This document shows, piece after piece, positions 32,235-42,514 of a stretch of 64,000 bases of DNA. Numbering within the stretch: the stretch's first letter is position 1; every line of letters begins with the position of its first letter. A model generated the notes under the pieces. The model ran no database searches and was not told where the DNA came from. It saw only the letters and a program-made list of their open reading frames with translations. The DNA is from Carpediemonas membranifera BICM (taxonomy: Eukaryota; Protista; Fornicata). The DNA is taken from assembly GCA_019828565.1 (NCBI GenBank), contig JAHDYR010000064.1, positions 789,162 to 853,161 of the forward strand. Direction: 5' to 3'. The position numbers and the translations under genes were made by a program.

Positions 32235-35200
32235 CGCCAGACGGCGGAGTCACTCGACTGGTAACTCGGGTGACAGAAATATTTCCCGCTTACATAGATA
32301 TCGCGCTGTAAATATTTCTCCCCCGTTTGGATTGACTAGTGAATGAATATGTTTGCAACGTCAGACGTTTTTCCGAAATTGTTCAATTCTGTTATGATTA
32401 TTTGGTGAATGGCAAGGCCAGCGGAGCCAACACTTCGGCTTGAGAGGTCGAGGTTGATACGATACGATCTCAAGGATGGGATCTTGCGTCTCATACGGGC
32501 AGTTCAGTTGTTCAAGAGCGAACTGAAACCGCGGAGCCATGCTCCCAATCCCCACTATCGAGAGGGTGACGCTCGGCAACACGTAAGGTCGAGCGAGGTA
32601 ACTTATTGTTATTCCGGCTTACACAGAGTTAGACCCGCGAGAACGCGACACAAGAAATTACCTACCCCCCCCCTGTGGGAATAGACGTAGTCTGCCGGAT
32701 CGTCAGCCTGTCTGACTACCGTGGACCGCTGCACATAAGCTGTCTTGCCATATGTAATGCGTGGCAATGCATTTATTGTGTCAGCAGCAAATTCGGCAGT
32801 GGGAGAGCCTTTCGACGTCTTCTCGTTTCTTGGTCACGTCTGGCTTGGCAGTGCTGTGGTCTTCTGATGCCGTCTGCGTTAAGTGGTGATCTCGGTTGCT
32901 GGTGATACCTTGCCTTGCTTTCCTCTTGTCGGATGCAACAAGCTGCTCACTGCTTCAAGATTGACGGCCAGGGTCAAGTCGAGCTCTTTCTCTCTGAATG
33001 TCGTCGCTGTGCCGCCTGTTGCTTGCGTCCATTGATCACCGATCCGCGAGACCGATATTGGTCGATGCTCACGTCATTGTACGGTCGTATGTCGCCTGTC
33101 GTTTGTTTGCTCAGCGATAATATTCCCCTTCGGCGCACTACACGGCACCAGCCCTGTAATCTCCGAAACAAAGCATGCGTTTATGTTAAGCTACGAGGTT
33201 ATTACCGCTACCGATAAATTCACCTGTTATATATGCTCTCTAGCAGATCCAACTTATGCTGCAGCTGACCAGTGCTTGGACTGATCACAGCCTTGGCCGC
33301 GGCCTCACCCCGCGGTGTCGGAGTGATCTGAATCTGACTGCTTCGCCGCGTCATCGTTGCTGGGGTTATGCTGCTGCGTCGCGGCGACATCTTCGGCAGT
33401 GGAACAGTGTTGTTGCCGACAGACGACCCGATGCCCGGCTCCGGACTCGCGTGCTTCTCCCGCCGGGGCGACACAAGACCGCCGTTGTTCCGTTGCCGTG
33501 CGAGTATCGGCTGCAGCTGCCGTTCCTGCTCGTACAGCGCCAGTCGATCGGCCATCTCGTCCATGTTCTTGCGGAGGAACGATATCTGCTGATTCAGCCT
33601 GGCCACCTCGGCCTTGAGCGCGTCACGCTCACCCAGCTGGCCAGTCAAGGACTCGACCTCCTTGGTCAGCTGGGCCACCGTCGACTTCAGCATGGTCGTG
33701 TTCTTGTCAGCGGGCGTCTGCCGTTGGATCGTGACACTCTTCGTTGGGACCTGTGTGGCCCTGGCGGCGTATTGGATGGCAGCAACGTTGTCAACGATGG
33801 ACTCGGCCACGGGCGACAGGCATGTGATGATCCCGGCCATGCTGTGCCCCGACAACACCCGCTGGAGCAGCAGAGTCAGCTTCGAGTCACGATACGGCGC
33901 CCACCGGCCCAGTGCCAAGGCTGTAATGCACGTGCCCAGCGCCAGGAGGGACTTGTTGATGTGTGAGCCCTCCTGCTGTCGCCGACCGTCGCCCTCCTTA
34001 CCACGCTCAGCTGAGGCCCGCTCAGAGCCAGCCAGGTCGACCAGGCTGATCGTGGCGTCCGTCTCAGCCGTGATCACTCGGAGAATGATCATTGCATGTG
34101 ACCGCGAGCTCGCTTCATTCAGACTGGTGCTGCTCCGAGTCCGACACATCGTTCCCCGCCTCAGCAGCTGCTCGGCGTCATCGATCGTCACCACCGGTTC
34201 CGACTTCATGTCCGGGAGCACCCAGCCCTTGGTAGCATGCTCCCGTAGGGTCAAGAACGGTCCTTGCACCCGTCCCTCCTCGTCCTCTGCGGCGGGGCCC
34301 CTTGCTGCGAGGAGGTCCCGGATCTTCTCGTTGTAAACCTCGATGAAGGCCATCTCCACAGTGAACTGGGGCGGGCGGCCAGTGCTCCGGCCAGCCCGGT
34401 CGGTGCTGACGGTGATCTTGCTCATGAGGTTAGCGATGACGTGCCCCACAATCCCGGGGGTGCCCGGCTGGCCGAGCATCGTGTAGGTGTTGTGGGTCAC
34501 CAGCATGCTCTCCGTGACAACGAAGCGGCAGGTCGGGCCCTCCATGGTGAAGCCGTAGTAGTCGTCCTCGGGCTGGGGGGTGACGGTGAAGCCGACGGGG
34601 TCGGGCCCGCTGCTGTTGGGCAAGGGGACCACCTTGCGGCATGGGAGGGGCGCGGTGGCGTGGATCATAGCGCAGGGGCGGTCCTCATGGGAACCCACGG
34701 TGACAGGGAACCCGAGGGAGCGGGCGATGAACTTGATGTCCTCCTCGACCTGGCCCTGTGCGTGGGTGATGACGAAGGCGCCACTGTCGAGCGTGCCGTT
34801 GGTGTCGATGAACCCGGCCAGGAGGCTGAGCCGCTGCTGCACGGAGCCGACCTTGATGGCTAGGGGAACGTGTTTGGCGGAGCAGAGGTCGTTGGCCCGC
34901 AGCCATGTCAGGAAGGGGCTGTCGAGACCGTCGGCACCGAGGAGGTTGTACGTGTCAGCCTCGTCAGCCGGAACAAGGCGGCAGCCGACCGACTTGACCG
35001 CCAACGTGAACCCTTCGACAACGTCTGGGTCGGCTGTGGTGAGTTGGGGGACGCCCTTGTGGCCCAGGCTCCCAGCACCGAGCCAAGCACCGAGGGTCCA
35101 CTCGAACGAGGGGGCGTCAGGGACGTCATCGACCACGGCCGGCGGTGAATTAGCGAGGGCTGCAGGCGTGTCGAACCGCTCGATGCGGGGGGCGTGGAAC

Positions 35201-35806
35201 ATGAAGGACCGCTCGCGGAGGCTGAGGTGCATGCATTCGTCGTCGAGGAAACGTCTGACTGGCATGTCGAGGATGGTGCCGTCGTGCAGGACGGGTAAGC
35301 CTTCGTGCACAGCGTTGGGCTGCTCCATGGTGGTCTTGAATGCCTCGGCGGCGTCAGCATCTGGGAAAGTCTCGGATCCGGCTCTGACGGCGGTGACCTC
35401 ATTGGCCTCGTCGCGGCTGACGAGGACGAACTCGACACGACAGTCGCTGTCCTTGGTCAAGGTAGGTCCAGCACCGCTCATCATGAATGATATGACGTGG
35501 GACATGTTGCAGGTGAACGCCCCGTCCCCCGTCTCAACCCGCGCCATCTCCTCCCGGCCTCGGGCGACTGTCAGGACGCGCTTGGGGGTCCCCTCGGCAC
35601 CCATGATCATGTCGCCGGCCTGGATGCCCTCAGCGCACTGGAACTGACCGCTGGACATAAGAACCTTGGTGCCGCGGGCGAGACACTTGCCCGATCCCGT
35701 CGTCCCGTACGCCATGAGCGCTCCCGGGATACCTCTGATTGCTGCTGCGACTATTGGGTAAGCCACTTGCTGGAAAACCTCCTCCTGAGTCGCGAGAGGA
35801 GGGAAT
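32235..35806. repeat. Left arm of 3.57-kb inverted duplication (partner 42714-46286)
   Basis: Reverse complement of 42714-46286 with a few indels and at least two substitutions. Confidence 0.93.
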
Positions 35807-36354
35807 ACCTTGTCGAAAGTAAACTCTCTGGGTTGCCGAGACCGCGACGTTCGAGAGGGTGGTGTGACTGTCAGCGCATTGGTTTGCTCCTCCACCACGA
35901 ATACCTTGTTGTGGTTCCGCGGGTCCTGCTTCTCTGCATTGATCAACGGCCGCATCCTGACGGCAACAAAGATCTTCGCCCAGTCAGGCTCCTTGCTCAC
36001 TCGTCGCAATAAACCATTTGGAGTGTTTGATCTGCTGATGGTCGGAGTCTTGAGCTTCGTATCTGCGTGGCATGAAGAGGGGCGGGCCGTTGAACGGGAC
36101 GACGACGCACCTGCCCGGGGGATAAGGGGTAACGCATCGGCATCGTTCAGCTGTGGATTGAGATTCAGGTGAAAACGTGTCCGTAATTCCTCAGTCTTGC
36201 GCCGTACAGGCCGCTCCATGCTCCTGGGATGCCTAACAGACTCCAAGGGGGACGATAGGTAGGCTGGGCTGCTGTCAAACGGCTTAAGAGCTACAGGCTG
36301 CGGCGTTGCCTTTGGTTGTTTGCGTCGCCGCTTCGGCTTCCTCTGAGCAAGCAT
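33220..36354 (-). CDS. Kinesin motor protein precursor containing an intein
   Basis: IFVAVRMRP, FTFDKVF, AYGTTGSGK|intein|TYTM, FIEVYNEKIRDLL, NEASSRSHA, LVDLAGSER, INKSLLAL, PYRDSKLT; C-terminal coiled coil. Confidence 0.95.
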   Translation of the reverse strand: MLAQRKPKRRRKQPKATPQPVALKPFDSSPAYLSSPLESVRHPRSMERPVRRKTEELRTRFHLNLNPQLNDADALPLIPRAGASSSRSTARPSSCHADTKLKTPTISRSNTPNGLLRRVSKEPDWAKIFVAVRMRPLINAEKQDPRNHNKVFVVEEQTNALTVTPPSRTSRSRQPREFTFDKVFPPLATQEEVFQQVAYPIVAAAIRGIPGALMAYGTTGSGKCLARGTKVLMSSGQFQCAEGIQAGDMIMGAEGTPKRVLTVARGREEMARVETGDGAFTCNMSHVISFMMSGAGPTLTKDSDCRVEFVLVSRDEANEVTAVRAGSETFPDADAAEAFKTTMEQPNAVHEGLPVLHDGTILDMPVRRFLDDECMHLSLRERSFMFHAPRIERFDTPAALANSPPAVVDDVPDAPSFEWTLGAWLGAGSLGHKGVPQLTTADPDVVEGFTLAVKSVGCRLVPADEADTYNLLGADGLDSPFLTWLRANDLCSAKHVPLAIKVGSVQQRLSLLAGFIDTNGTLDSGAFVITHAQGQVEEDIKFIARSLGFPVTVGSHEDRPCAMIHATAPLPCRKVVPLPNSSGPDPVGFTVTPQPEDDYYGFTMEGPTCRFVVTESMLVTHNTYTMLGQPGTPGIVGHVIANLMSKITVSTDRAGRSTGRPPQFTVEMAFIEVYNEKIRDLLAARGPAAEDEEGRVQGPFLTLREHATKGWVLPDMKSEPVVTIDDAEQLLRRGTMCRTRSSTSLNEASSRSHAMIILRVITAETDATISLVDLAGSERASAERGKEGDGRRQQEGSHINKSLLALGTCITALALGRWAPYRDSKLTLLLQRVLSGHSMAGIITCLSPVAESIVDNVAAIQYAARATQVPTKSVTIQRQTPADKNTTMLKSTVAQLTKEVESLTGQLGERDALKAEVARLNQQISFLRKNMDEMADRLALYEQERQLQPILARQRNNGGLVSPRREKHASPEPGIGSSVGNNTVPLPKMSPRRSSITPATMTRRSSQIQITPTPRGEAAAKAVISPSTGQLQHKLDLLESIYNR
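34489..35685 (-). mobile_element. Intein (399 aa) with degenerate LAGLIDADG endonuclease, in the kinesin P-loop
   Basis: Block A CLARGTKVLM, block B FTCNMSHV, block C WTLGAWLGAG, block D KHVP, block E LLAGFIDTNG, block F EDDYYGFT, block G LVTHN, +1 residue Thr. Confidence 0.95.
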
Positions 36355-36650
36355 TCTGCCCAAAAGTTCGTTCGAGGAAAATGCGATGCTTGTGCCATAA
36401 CCTGCACCAGTCAGAAACTGAGCACAGAGACAGAAACTTGACGTTTATGACCTCCACATGCTTACAGAAGAGAGGCCCTGCAGCCGAGTTGATAGCCGCG
36501 GTCGGGCAGGATGTGCTGTTTGAAAATTTTGCGAAGGCAGCCCAGTTTAGACTAGCATGCTTTGGTGGGATGACGGGCCAGCCATGGGCCAGCAGCGAAG
36601 CCATACTCGGTCGCTGTAAAAATGCTTCTTCTGCGAAGCAGTTACGACAC

Positions 36651-38357
36651 ATGCTCAGCTATCCAAAACATCTCTCTGGACATTTCCCAGTGGTTCTAGA
36701 ACGGTTATCTGCTGGGAAACGGGATATCAAGGCCTATATTCGCTACGTTGGCTCTTTGCAGCAGATAGAGGAGCAAACGGCGAAGGCTCTTAGCAACGCG
36801 CTCCAGCGGACGGGAAAGGGCATATTCTCAGATGTATTAGAGGGACCATGGAAGCAGGAGATGGCTCGTATCGCCGCCATGCGCGATACCGCCCTGGCCA
36901 GCGCTGACTGGTACCGCGACCAACAGAGCACCGTGAAGAGCTTCAAAGAGACGCTCAAGAAGCGCATCTCGGAGAGTCAGACATGGTATACAGGCCAGAT
37001 CTCCTCTCTCACGACGTCTTGCAATGGCGTCGAGACGGCATTGCGCCACTTGCGTGATTCGAATTCCCGCCGGACCAAGGCAGCGCAGGCCTACTCTAAG
37101 GCGACCGGCAAGAAGAAGGAGAGTGCCCGGCAACAGCTAGAGGCGGCCCATGCGGACGCGGTGACGCAGTACGGCGAGTACACTCGCGCCGTGGGGGCTG
37201 CCCGGATCGCCTTTGCGTCGACACAAGCGGCGATCAGGGATAAGTTGACCCAGCTCGAGGCCACAGACAGGCAGAGAATCGCTGTCATGCGGGAGTCACT
37301 CCGTAAGCTTGTCCAGAGGGCGGCGGACACCTCTCGTGTGGGCGATATCCACGTATCCCGCGTGTACGCTGAACTCGGGTCCGAGCGGTTGTCAGATCTT
37401 GACAAGGAAATATCCGAGACCGTCAGGAGCATCCTCAGCAACGGTGATGGCCCTCTCGTCAACATGCTGAGTGCTATGCGTCTCGCCCCGTTCGAAACGG
37501 ACGAGCGGGTTGATCGCATCGCCGAGTCAGCCGGGTGTGAGCCGCCTAGCATTACCTTAGCCGCCCCCGAGCCCCGTCTACCCTCGCTGCGGGTTCCCCC
37601 AGCCGAGTTCGTCTGTCCGATCGCCCACACGGTCATGACGGACCCTGTTGTTGCTGCAGACGGCCAGACGTATCAGAGAGGTGCCATCACTGAGCATCTA
37701 CTTAACAGCGTGGTGTCTCCAGTGACGATGGAGAAGATGGGAAGCAAGCTCCTCTTTGCCAATGCCGCCCTGAAAAAGCAGATCGACGATTTCCTGGGAT
37801 TCACTCAGCCACCCCTGACTGACATCATCAACACGGAGACCGGGCCGGACCTTGCTGATGACGGGGACGAATCCAGCTCAGACTCTGATCACCATTCAAT
37901 CAACTTCGAGGCGAGGGTCGTCGACTCCGATGACGAGTCGACCGCGCCTGGGACGCCGTCATCGCCCTTCCATGACATTCCCATGGCTACGATACCCCCA
38001 AGGGCGCCCTCCATGTCCCAGGCGATGCCCTCACCACCCGACTCGACCCAGCTTGTCCGGGACGCCCTCAGGGACCTGGACATGCTCTATCCCACAGAAG
38101 AGGCCCCGCCATCCCCTGCACCGAGGTCCGAGGTCCGCTTTGTCCGATCGTCGTCCGCATACAGCCTCGGGTCCCCTGCCCGGTCACCGTCTGCCAGCTC
38201 GTTGACGTCGCCCTCGGCTAGGGTATGGGGAGATGGGTCGGCGAAGTCACCACTGGGCGGGCAGCTCGCCCATAGCGAAGAGGCGCTCGTCCAGCATGTG
38301 GAGGAGTCAGACGAGGATACTAGCGGGCTTGGGAATTCATTCAAGCTTCCGATGTGA
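36651..38357 (+). CDS. Putative F-BAR plus U-box E3 ligase
   Basis: FCH-like start (F.VVLERL..GK......Y......IEE..AK.L), long helical region ending QLEATDRQRI; U-box PAEFVCPIAHTVMTDPVVAADGQTYQRGAI...SPVT...NAALKKQI. Confidence 0.8.
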   Translation: MLSYPKHLSGHFPVVLERLSAGKRDIKAYIRYVGSLQQIEEQTAKALSNALQRTGKGIFSDVLEGPWKQEMARIAAMRDTALASADWYRDQQSTVKSFKETLKKRISESQTWYTGQISSLTTSCNGVETALRHLRDSNSRRTKAAQAYSKATGKKKESARQQLEAAHADAVTQYGEYTRAVGAARIAFASTQAAIRDKLTQLEATDRQRIAVMRESLRKLVQRAADTSRVGDIHVSRVYAELGSERLSDLDKEISETVRSILSNGDGPLVNMLSAMRLAPFETDERVDRIAESAGCEPPSITLAAPEPRLPSLRVPPAEFVCPIAHTVMTDPVVAADGQTYQRGAITEHLLNSVVSPVTMEKMGSKLLFANAALKKQIDDFLGFTQPPLTDIINTETGPDLADDGDESSSDSDHHSINFEARVVDSDDESTAPGTPSSPFHDIPMATIPPRAPSMSQAMPSPPDSTQLVRDALRDLDMLYPTEEAPPSPAPRSEVRFVRSSSAYSLGSPARSPSASSLTSPSARVWGDGSAKSPLGGQLAHSEEALVQHVEESDEDTSGLGNSFKLPM

Positions 38358-38426
38358 TTAGGATTGTAAAACAGATTCAGATTTTCGCGGATTTAGTCTA
38401 TAGCAGGGGAATTGCGAAGGATCGAT

Positions 38427-39605
38427 TCAATCGTCCTCGAAGTCATCCTCGAAGTCGTCACTGACGCTCTCAACGTCGTCTTCACTCTCTTCATGATCAG
38501 GGATTGGACCCCGCTCAGGTGTCTTCTGTTTCATCGCAATATCCCGTTCCATTCTGACTCGACTCGACATCTTGACCTCATCGAGTGTTCTCAGTCCATC
38601 TCCGTTGTCCACGACAGGTAGGAAGGGGTACGTGGTCGCTGGGTCAGTGCTCCATTGGCTAGCGAGCGAGACCTTGAGGGGGGAGGATGTCTCAACAGCC
38701 ACCTCTTCGTCATCCTCAGTGGGCACAACCAGGTCAACGCTGAGGCCCTTGATGACAGCATCGATGTCGGGGTGGCTGCTGTACTTGCCCTTCATCTCAT
38801 CAAAGAACTGAAGGAGATCATCCGTCTTGAACACGCGACGGCTGACCTGCTCCTCAATGATGTAGCGGCGCAGGGTAGCCCGGTCGAACTCTGGCGAGGG
38901 CACTTTCACCGCAGTCACAGACTCCATCGCTGGGGCTGTCACGGTCACAGCCATCTCCTCCTTGAACTCCTCCTGGGCGTCGGCCGGGACCTCGATGGTT
39001 AGCTTAGTGCTACCGCTCATAGCCATCTTCGCAGGCTCTCTCCTAGATGACCTCGGCCTCGTGCCCTGTCGCCGGGGCTGGGTGAGGGCGAGTGTCCTCG
39101 TAGGGCTCTGGGCCAGCACATGGGACATATCAAACACCACCGGCTTGTTGTGGGGCACGGCGGAGTGTGGTCTATCTACTCTAGTCCCCTTCATCGTCGC
39201 CAGGTGGTGCTTCATCGCGGCAACGTTCGTCTGATGGTCAACATCCTTCCCCGCCTGGTGGGTCGGCGGGCGCCGAACAATGGACGTCCCAGTGTTGTCC
39301 AGGCCTGGTTTGACGGCCTTGATACGGCTGTACATCTTGTTCACCTTGGATTCGTGCTCCTCTTGAACCTGCCGTTGGAATTTGGACGTTCGTGGTTTGG
39401 CAGTACCAGGCTGGCGCGACTTTGATGTCTTTGGGCGCTGCGTTGTTCCTGTCTTATCCAATTCGCCGTTCTCTTCCGGCTTAGCTGCCGTAGTTGGTCT
39501 ACTTTTGCGGGTCTTCGATGTTTTCGGACGAGAAGAGGCGCCGTAGATCCTGTCAAGGGCCTTTCTGTGGGCCATATAAGATGATTCCAACATGCGCAGG
39601 CCCAT
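38427..39605 (-). CDS. Hypothetical protein, possibly SPATA7-like ciliary protein
   Basis: RP(K/T)T/SA low-complexity motifs typical of ciliary proteins; segments MYSRIKAVKPGLDN and IIEEQVSRRVF....L..FF....I..L.VDL recall SPATA7. Product call is tentative. Confidence 0.5.
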   Translation of the reverse strand: MGLRMLESSYMAHRKALDRIYGASSRPKTSKTRKSRPTTAAKPEENGELDKTGTTQRPKTSKSRQPGTAKPRTSKFQRQVQEEHESKVNKMYSRIKAVKPGLDNTGTSIVRRPPTHQAGKDVDHQTNVAAMKHHLATMKGTRVDRPHSAVPHNKPVVFDMSHVLAQSPTRTLALTQPRRQGTRPRSSRREPAKMAMSGSTKLTIEVPADAQEEFKEEMAVTVTAPAMESVTAVKVPSPEFDRATLRRYIIEEQVSRRVFKTDDLLQFFDEMKGKYSSHPDIDAVIKGLSVDLVVPTEDDEEVAVETSSPLKVSLASQWSTDPATTYPFLPVVDNGDGLRTLDEVKMSSRVRMERDIAMKQKTPERGPIPDHEESEDDVESVSDDFEDDFEDD

Positions 39606-39911
39606 TGGGTTCCTCACATCCGGAGCGACCATTCTTTCGTCGGTGCTGTTTTCGCAATTTTGGGACCAAATCTCCCTTCGAAAATTGTCGCTTGCCTTTG
39701 GGTCAGGGCTGCATACGTACTTGTCAGAGGCCATCCCCATTTCGTGGGTTTGTGCAGGCGGTCTGGCTTTGACCACAATGTGCCAAGCAGAGCCAATTAC
39801 CGCCGTCACAGCGGCCAGAAGGAATACATACGCGCCAGAGGGACGGAATGGCGCGCGGTGGGCAATCTCAGACCGTGCATTTTAGGGACACTTTGGCCAA
39901 CAACTCCAGAG

Positions 39912-42514
39912 ATGCACGACGAGGGTCGTAAGGAAGACGGAGAGACGTCTATCGTCGTCTCTGTCCGAGTTCGCCCTGAAACGTCCCGTGAGATATCGTT
40001 TGCCCCTTCTTCATTTTGGCTTACTCAGTTTTCGAGGCAAATACGCCAATCCATTGCCAATACAGATACACAATGATGCCGTTATTCTTCTAGACCCAGA
40101 TACACGAAGTACCGACCACGGACGACGCCAACGGGACTTCGTATTCGACCATGTTTTCACCGAATCGGCGTCAAACGAGGCAATCTTCCGTACTGTTGCA
40201 CTCCCTCTAGTGCGCCGCTCAATCGAGGGCTACAACGGCACTTGCTTTGCATACGGTGTGACTGGCGCAGGTTTGTCCCCCTCATCCCCGAACTAACCCA
40301 GGCAAGACCTACACAATGATTGGATCCCCAGGCGTCCGCGGGCTGATCCATCTCACTGCGGACGCCCTCTTTCAGGCGAGGAACGAGGCGGTGGATTCCA
40401 AGATCACAATCAAGATGTCCTTCCTTGAGATCTACAACGAGCACCTCTGCGACCTGCTGACTCACACGCGGAACATGAACCTGGACATCGTGGAGGACCC
40501 CCACAAGGGAATATGCGTCCCTGGCCTAACCGAGCAAGAGATCAGCACCACTTCCCAGGTCACTACGCTCCTCCGACAGGGCCAGGCGAGGAGGTCCACC
40601 GCCCCGACAGGCGCCAACGAGGCGTCGTCGAGGTCACACGCCGTGCTACAGTTTACGGTTATCAGCCGGCCTCTGGATGACAACTCGGCGCCAGGACACA
40701 TCGGAAAGCTATCCCTCATCGACCTGGCCGGGTCCGAGAGGGCCGCGGCGACTGAGAACCGCGGTCTTCGGATGACAGAGGGTGCAGCCATCAATAGGAG
40801 CCTGCTTGCACTGTCCAACTGCATCAACGCACTCGGGGATATCCAGGTTACCGGGCGGAAGGTCTTTGTCCCTTACCGTGACTCGAAGCTGACTCGACTG
40901 CTCAAAGACTCCCTCGGTGGCAACACAGAGACGCACATGGTGGCCAACATACCCCCGTCGGCATTGTACTTCGAGGAGATCCTCAACACCCTCAAGTACG
41001 CGTATAGAGCTAAGAGCATCAAGAAACGCGTGAGACGAAACGAGCTTGCTCTCGAGGCCACGCCAGCACAGTACGCGCAGATCATTGCTGGTCTTAAGCG
41101 AGAGCTGGAGAGATACAAGCGGGGCACCCCACAGACTGCGCCAGTCGATGTATCTACTGTATCAGTAAGGGATTCAGAGACAATCAAATCTGAGATGATG
41201 AAGGTCGAGCAAGACCTAGCCGACGCCGATGAGCGGCGTAAGGCAGCTAGCCACGAGGAGGAGAGCATCAGACGCGAGCAGGCGGTCGATCCAGGCCGGG
41301 CAAAGTTTGAGACGCTGAGCAAGCAGCTGCTGGATAACTACCAGAGCATTCTTGGTCTCAGATTCCACATCTCCCAGGACGATAGAGAGATTGCCAGCAA
41401 GAAGATGAGGCTTGAATCCCTGAGCAACAGTCCAGACACGCCCGAGGCCAGGCAGGAGCGGCTTGACCAGATGGCCGGGTTGATCGAGAGGTCGCAGTCG
41501 AGGGAACACATGATGAAGCGGCTGGAGACAGAGGAGCAGCACCGAGTGAGCCTCCAGCAGCAGCTGATGGCCATGAAATCTGGTACCCGAGAAGAAGTGC
41601 TTGATCTGACGCTCAAGCTCAGCAGGGCTCGGGTCGAGCTGTACGCCGCAAGGGCCGAGACGTTTGCCACACAGAAGAGGATGCTGGCCATGGAGCAGAC
41701 TCTCGCCGGCCTTGTAGGGAAGATCAAGAGCTCAGGCACTCCGCCAGCAGCCCCGCCGTCTTCAGCGAGACCGATTGCGACGACCCCGGCGACAACCAAG
41801 GTCACCCCGACAACGGCGACGCCGATCCAGCCGCCGAGGAGGGCAGCGCCAGTGAACGTCACACCTGCCACCGAGCCCCCGAGGCATGTGGTTCGAGAGA
41901 CCCCACACGTCAGCCGAATTGACTTGACCCGGCCTGCGTCTCAGATTCAGCCGAGACACCGCACACCTTATGCATCGAGCACGCGATATGCGGCCACGCC
42001 ACATGCCTCAGCGGTAGACCGACCGTCAACGGCGACGCACTACTCGGCGAGCCATCCGAGGCAATCGTCGGTCGGAGCCAACCTCAACCGGCCATCAACC
42101 GCGCTAGCTTCATCGAGTGCGTCTGCCAGGCGCTCCGAGAGCAGTGGACCGACCCGCCCTGCCCCAAGAAGCACGCTCTTTGCGGCACGGACGCCGAGCA
42201 AGTCAACCGTGTCACCCAACACGTTGACTCAGTCCCACGCCCCCAGCAGCAGCGTCGTGACAGGGTTACCGCGGCATTCGCCCGTCAAGGCCAGTACATA
42301 CGACCGGGAGTCGCGTTTGTCAATGCTTCATCGCATGGCCGAGCCAGCATCCAGCACATACTCGTCCTATGCGTCCAAGCGGGTTGGAGCATCCAACAGT
42401 GCATTCACACCGGCCCGCTCAACCGGGCTGGATGTCGAGCTCAAGACAAAGTGGGCCGCGTTGCAGCGGTCACACAGGGCACTGGGATATGTCTCAACGG
42501 AGCGGGGAAGGTGA
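39912..42514 (+). CDS. Kinesin-8-like motor (KIF18/KIF19 type), intein-free; introns 39998-40028 and 40271-40301
   Basis: IVVSVRVRP, FVFDHVF, FAYGVTGA|GKTYTM (after splicing), SFLEIYNE, GKLSLIDLAGSERAA, EGAAINRSLLAL, VPYRDSKLTRLLKDSLGGN, NTLKYA.RAK.I. Confidence 0.93.

Noticed and set aside
31672-33219. Short ORFs and poly-C tracts between A1 and the kinesin
   Set aside because: No recognisable domains, termini or TSDs; left unannotated.
34489-35685. Insert as a group I intron ORF or a Hedgehog-type Hint domain
   Set aside because: It is in frame, begins with Cys, ends His-Asn before Thr, and has exteins on both sides that rebuild an exact kinesin P-loop.
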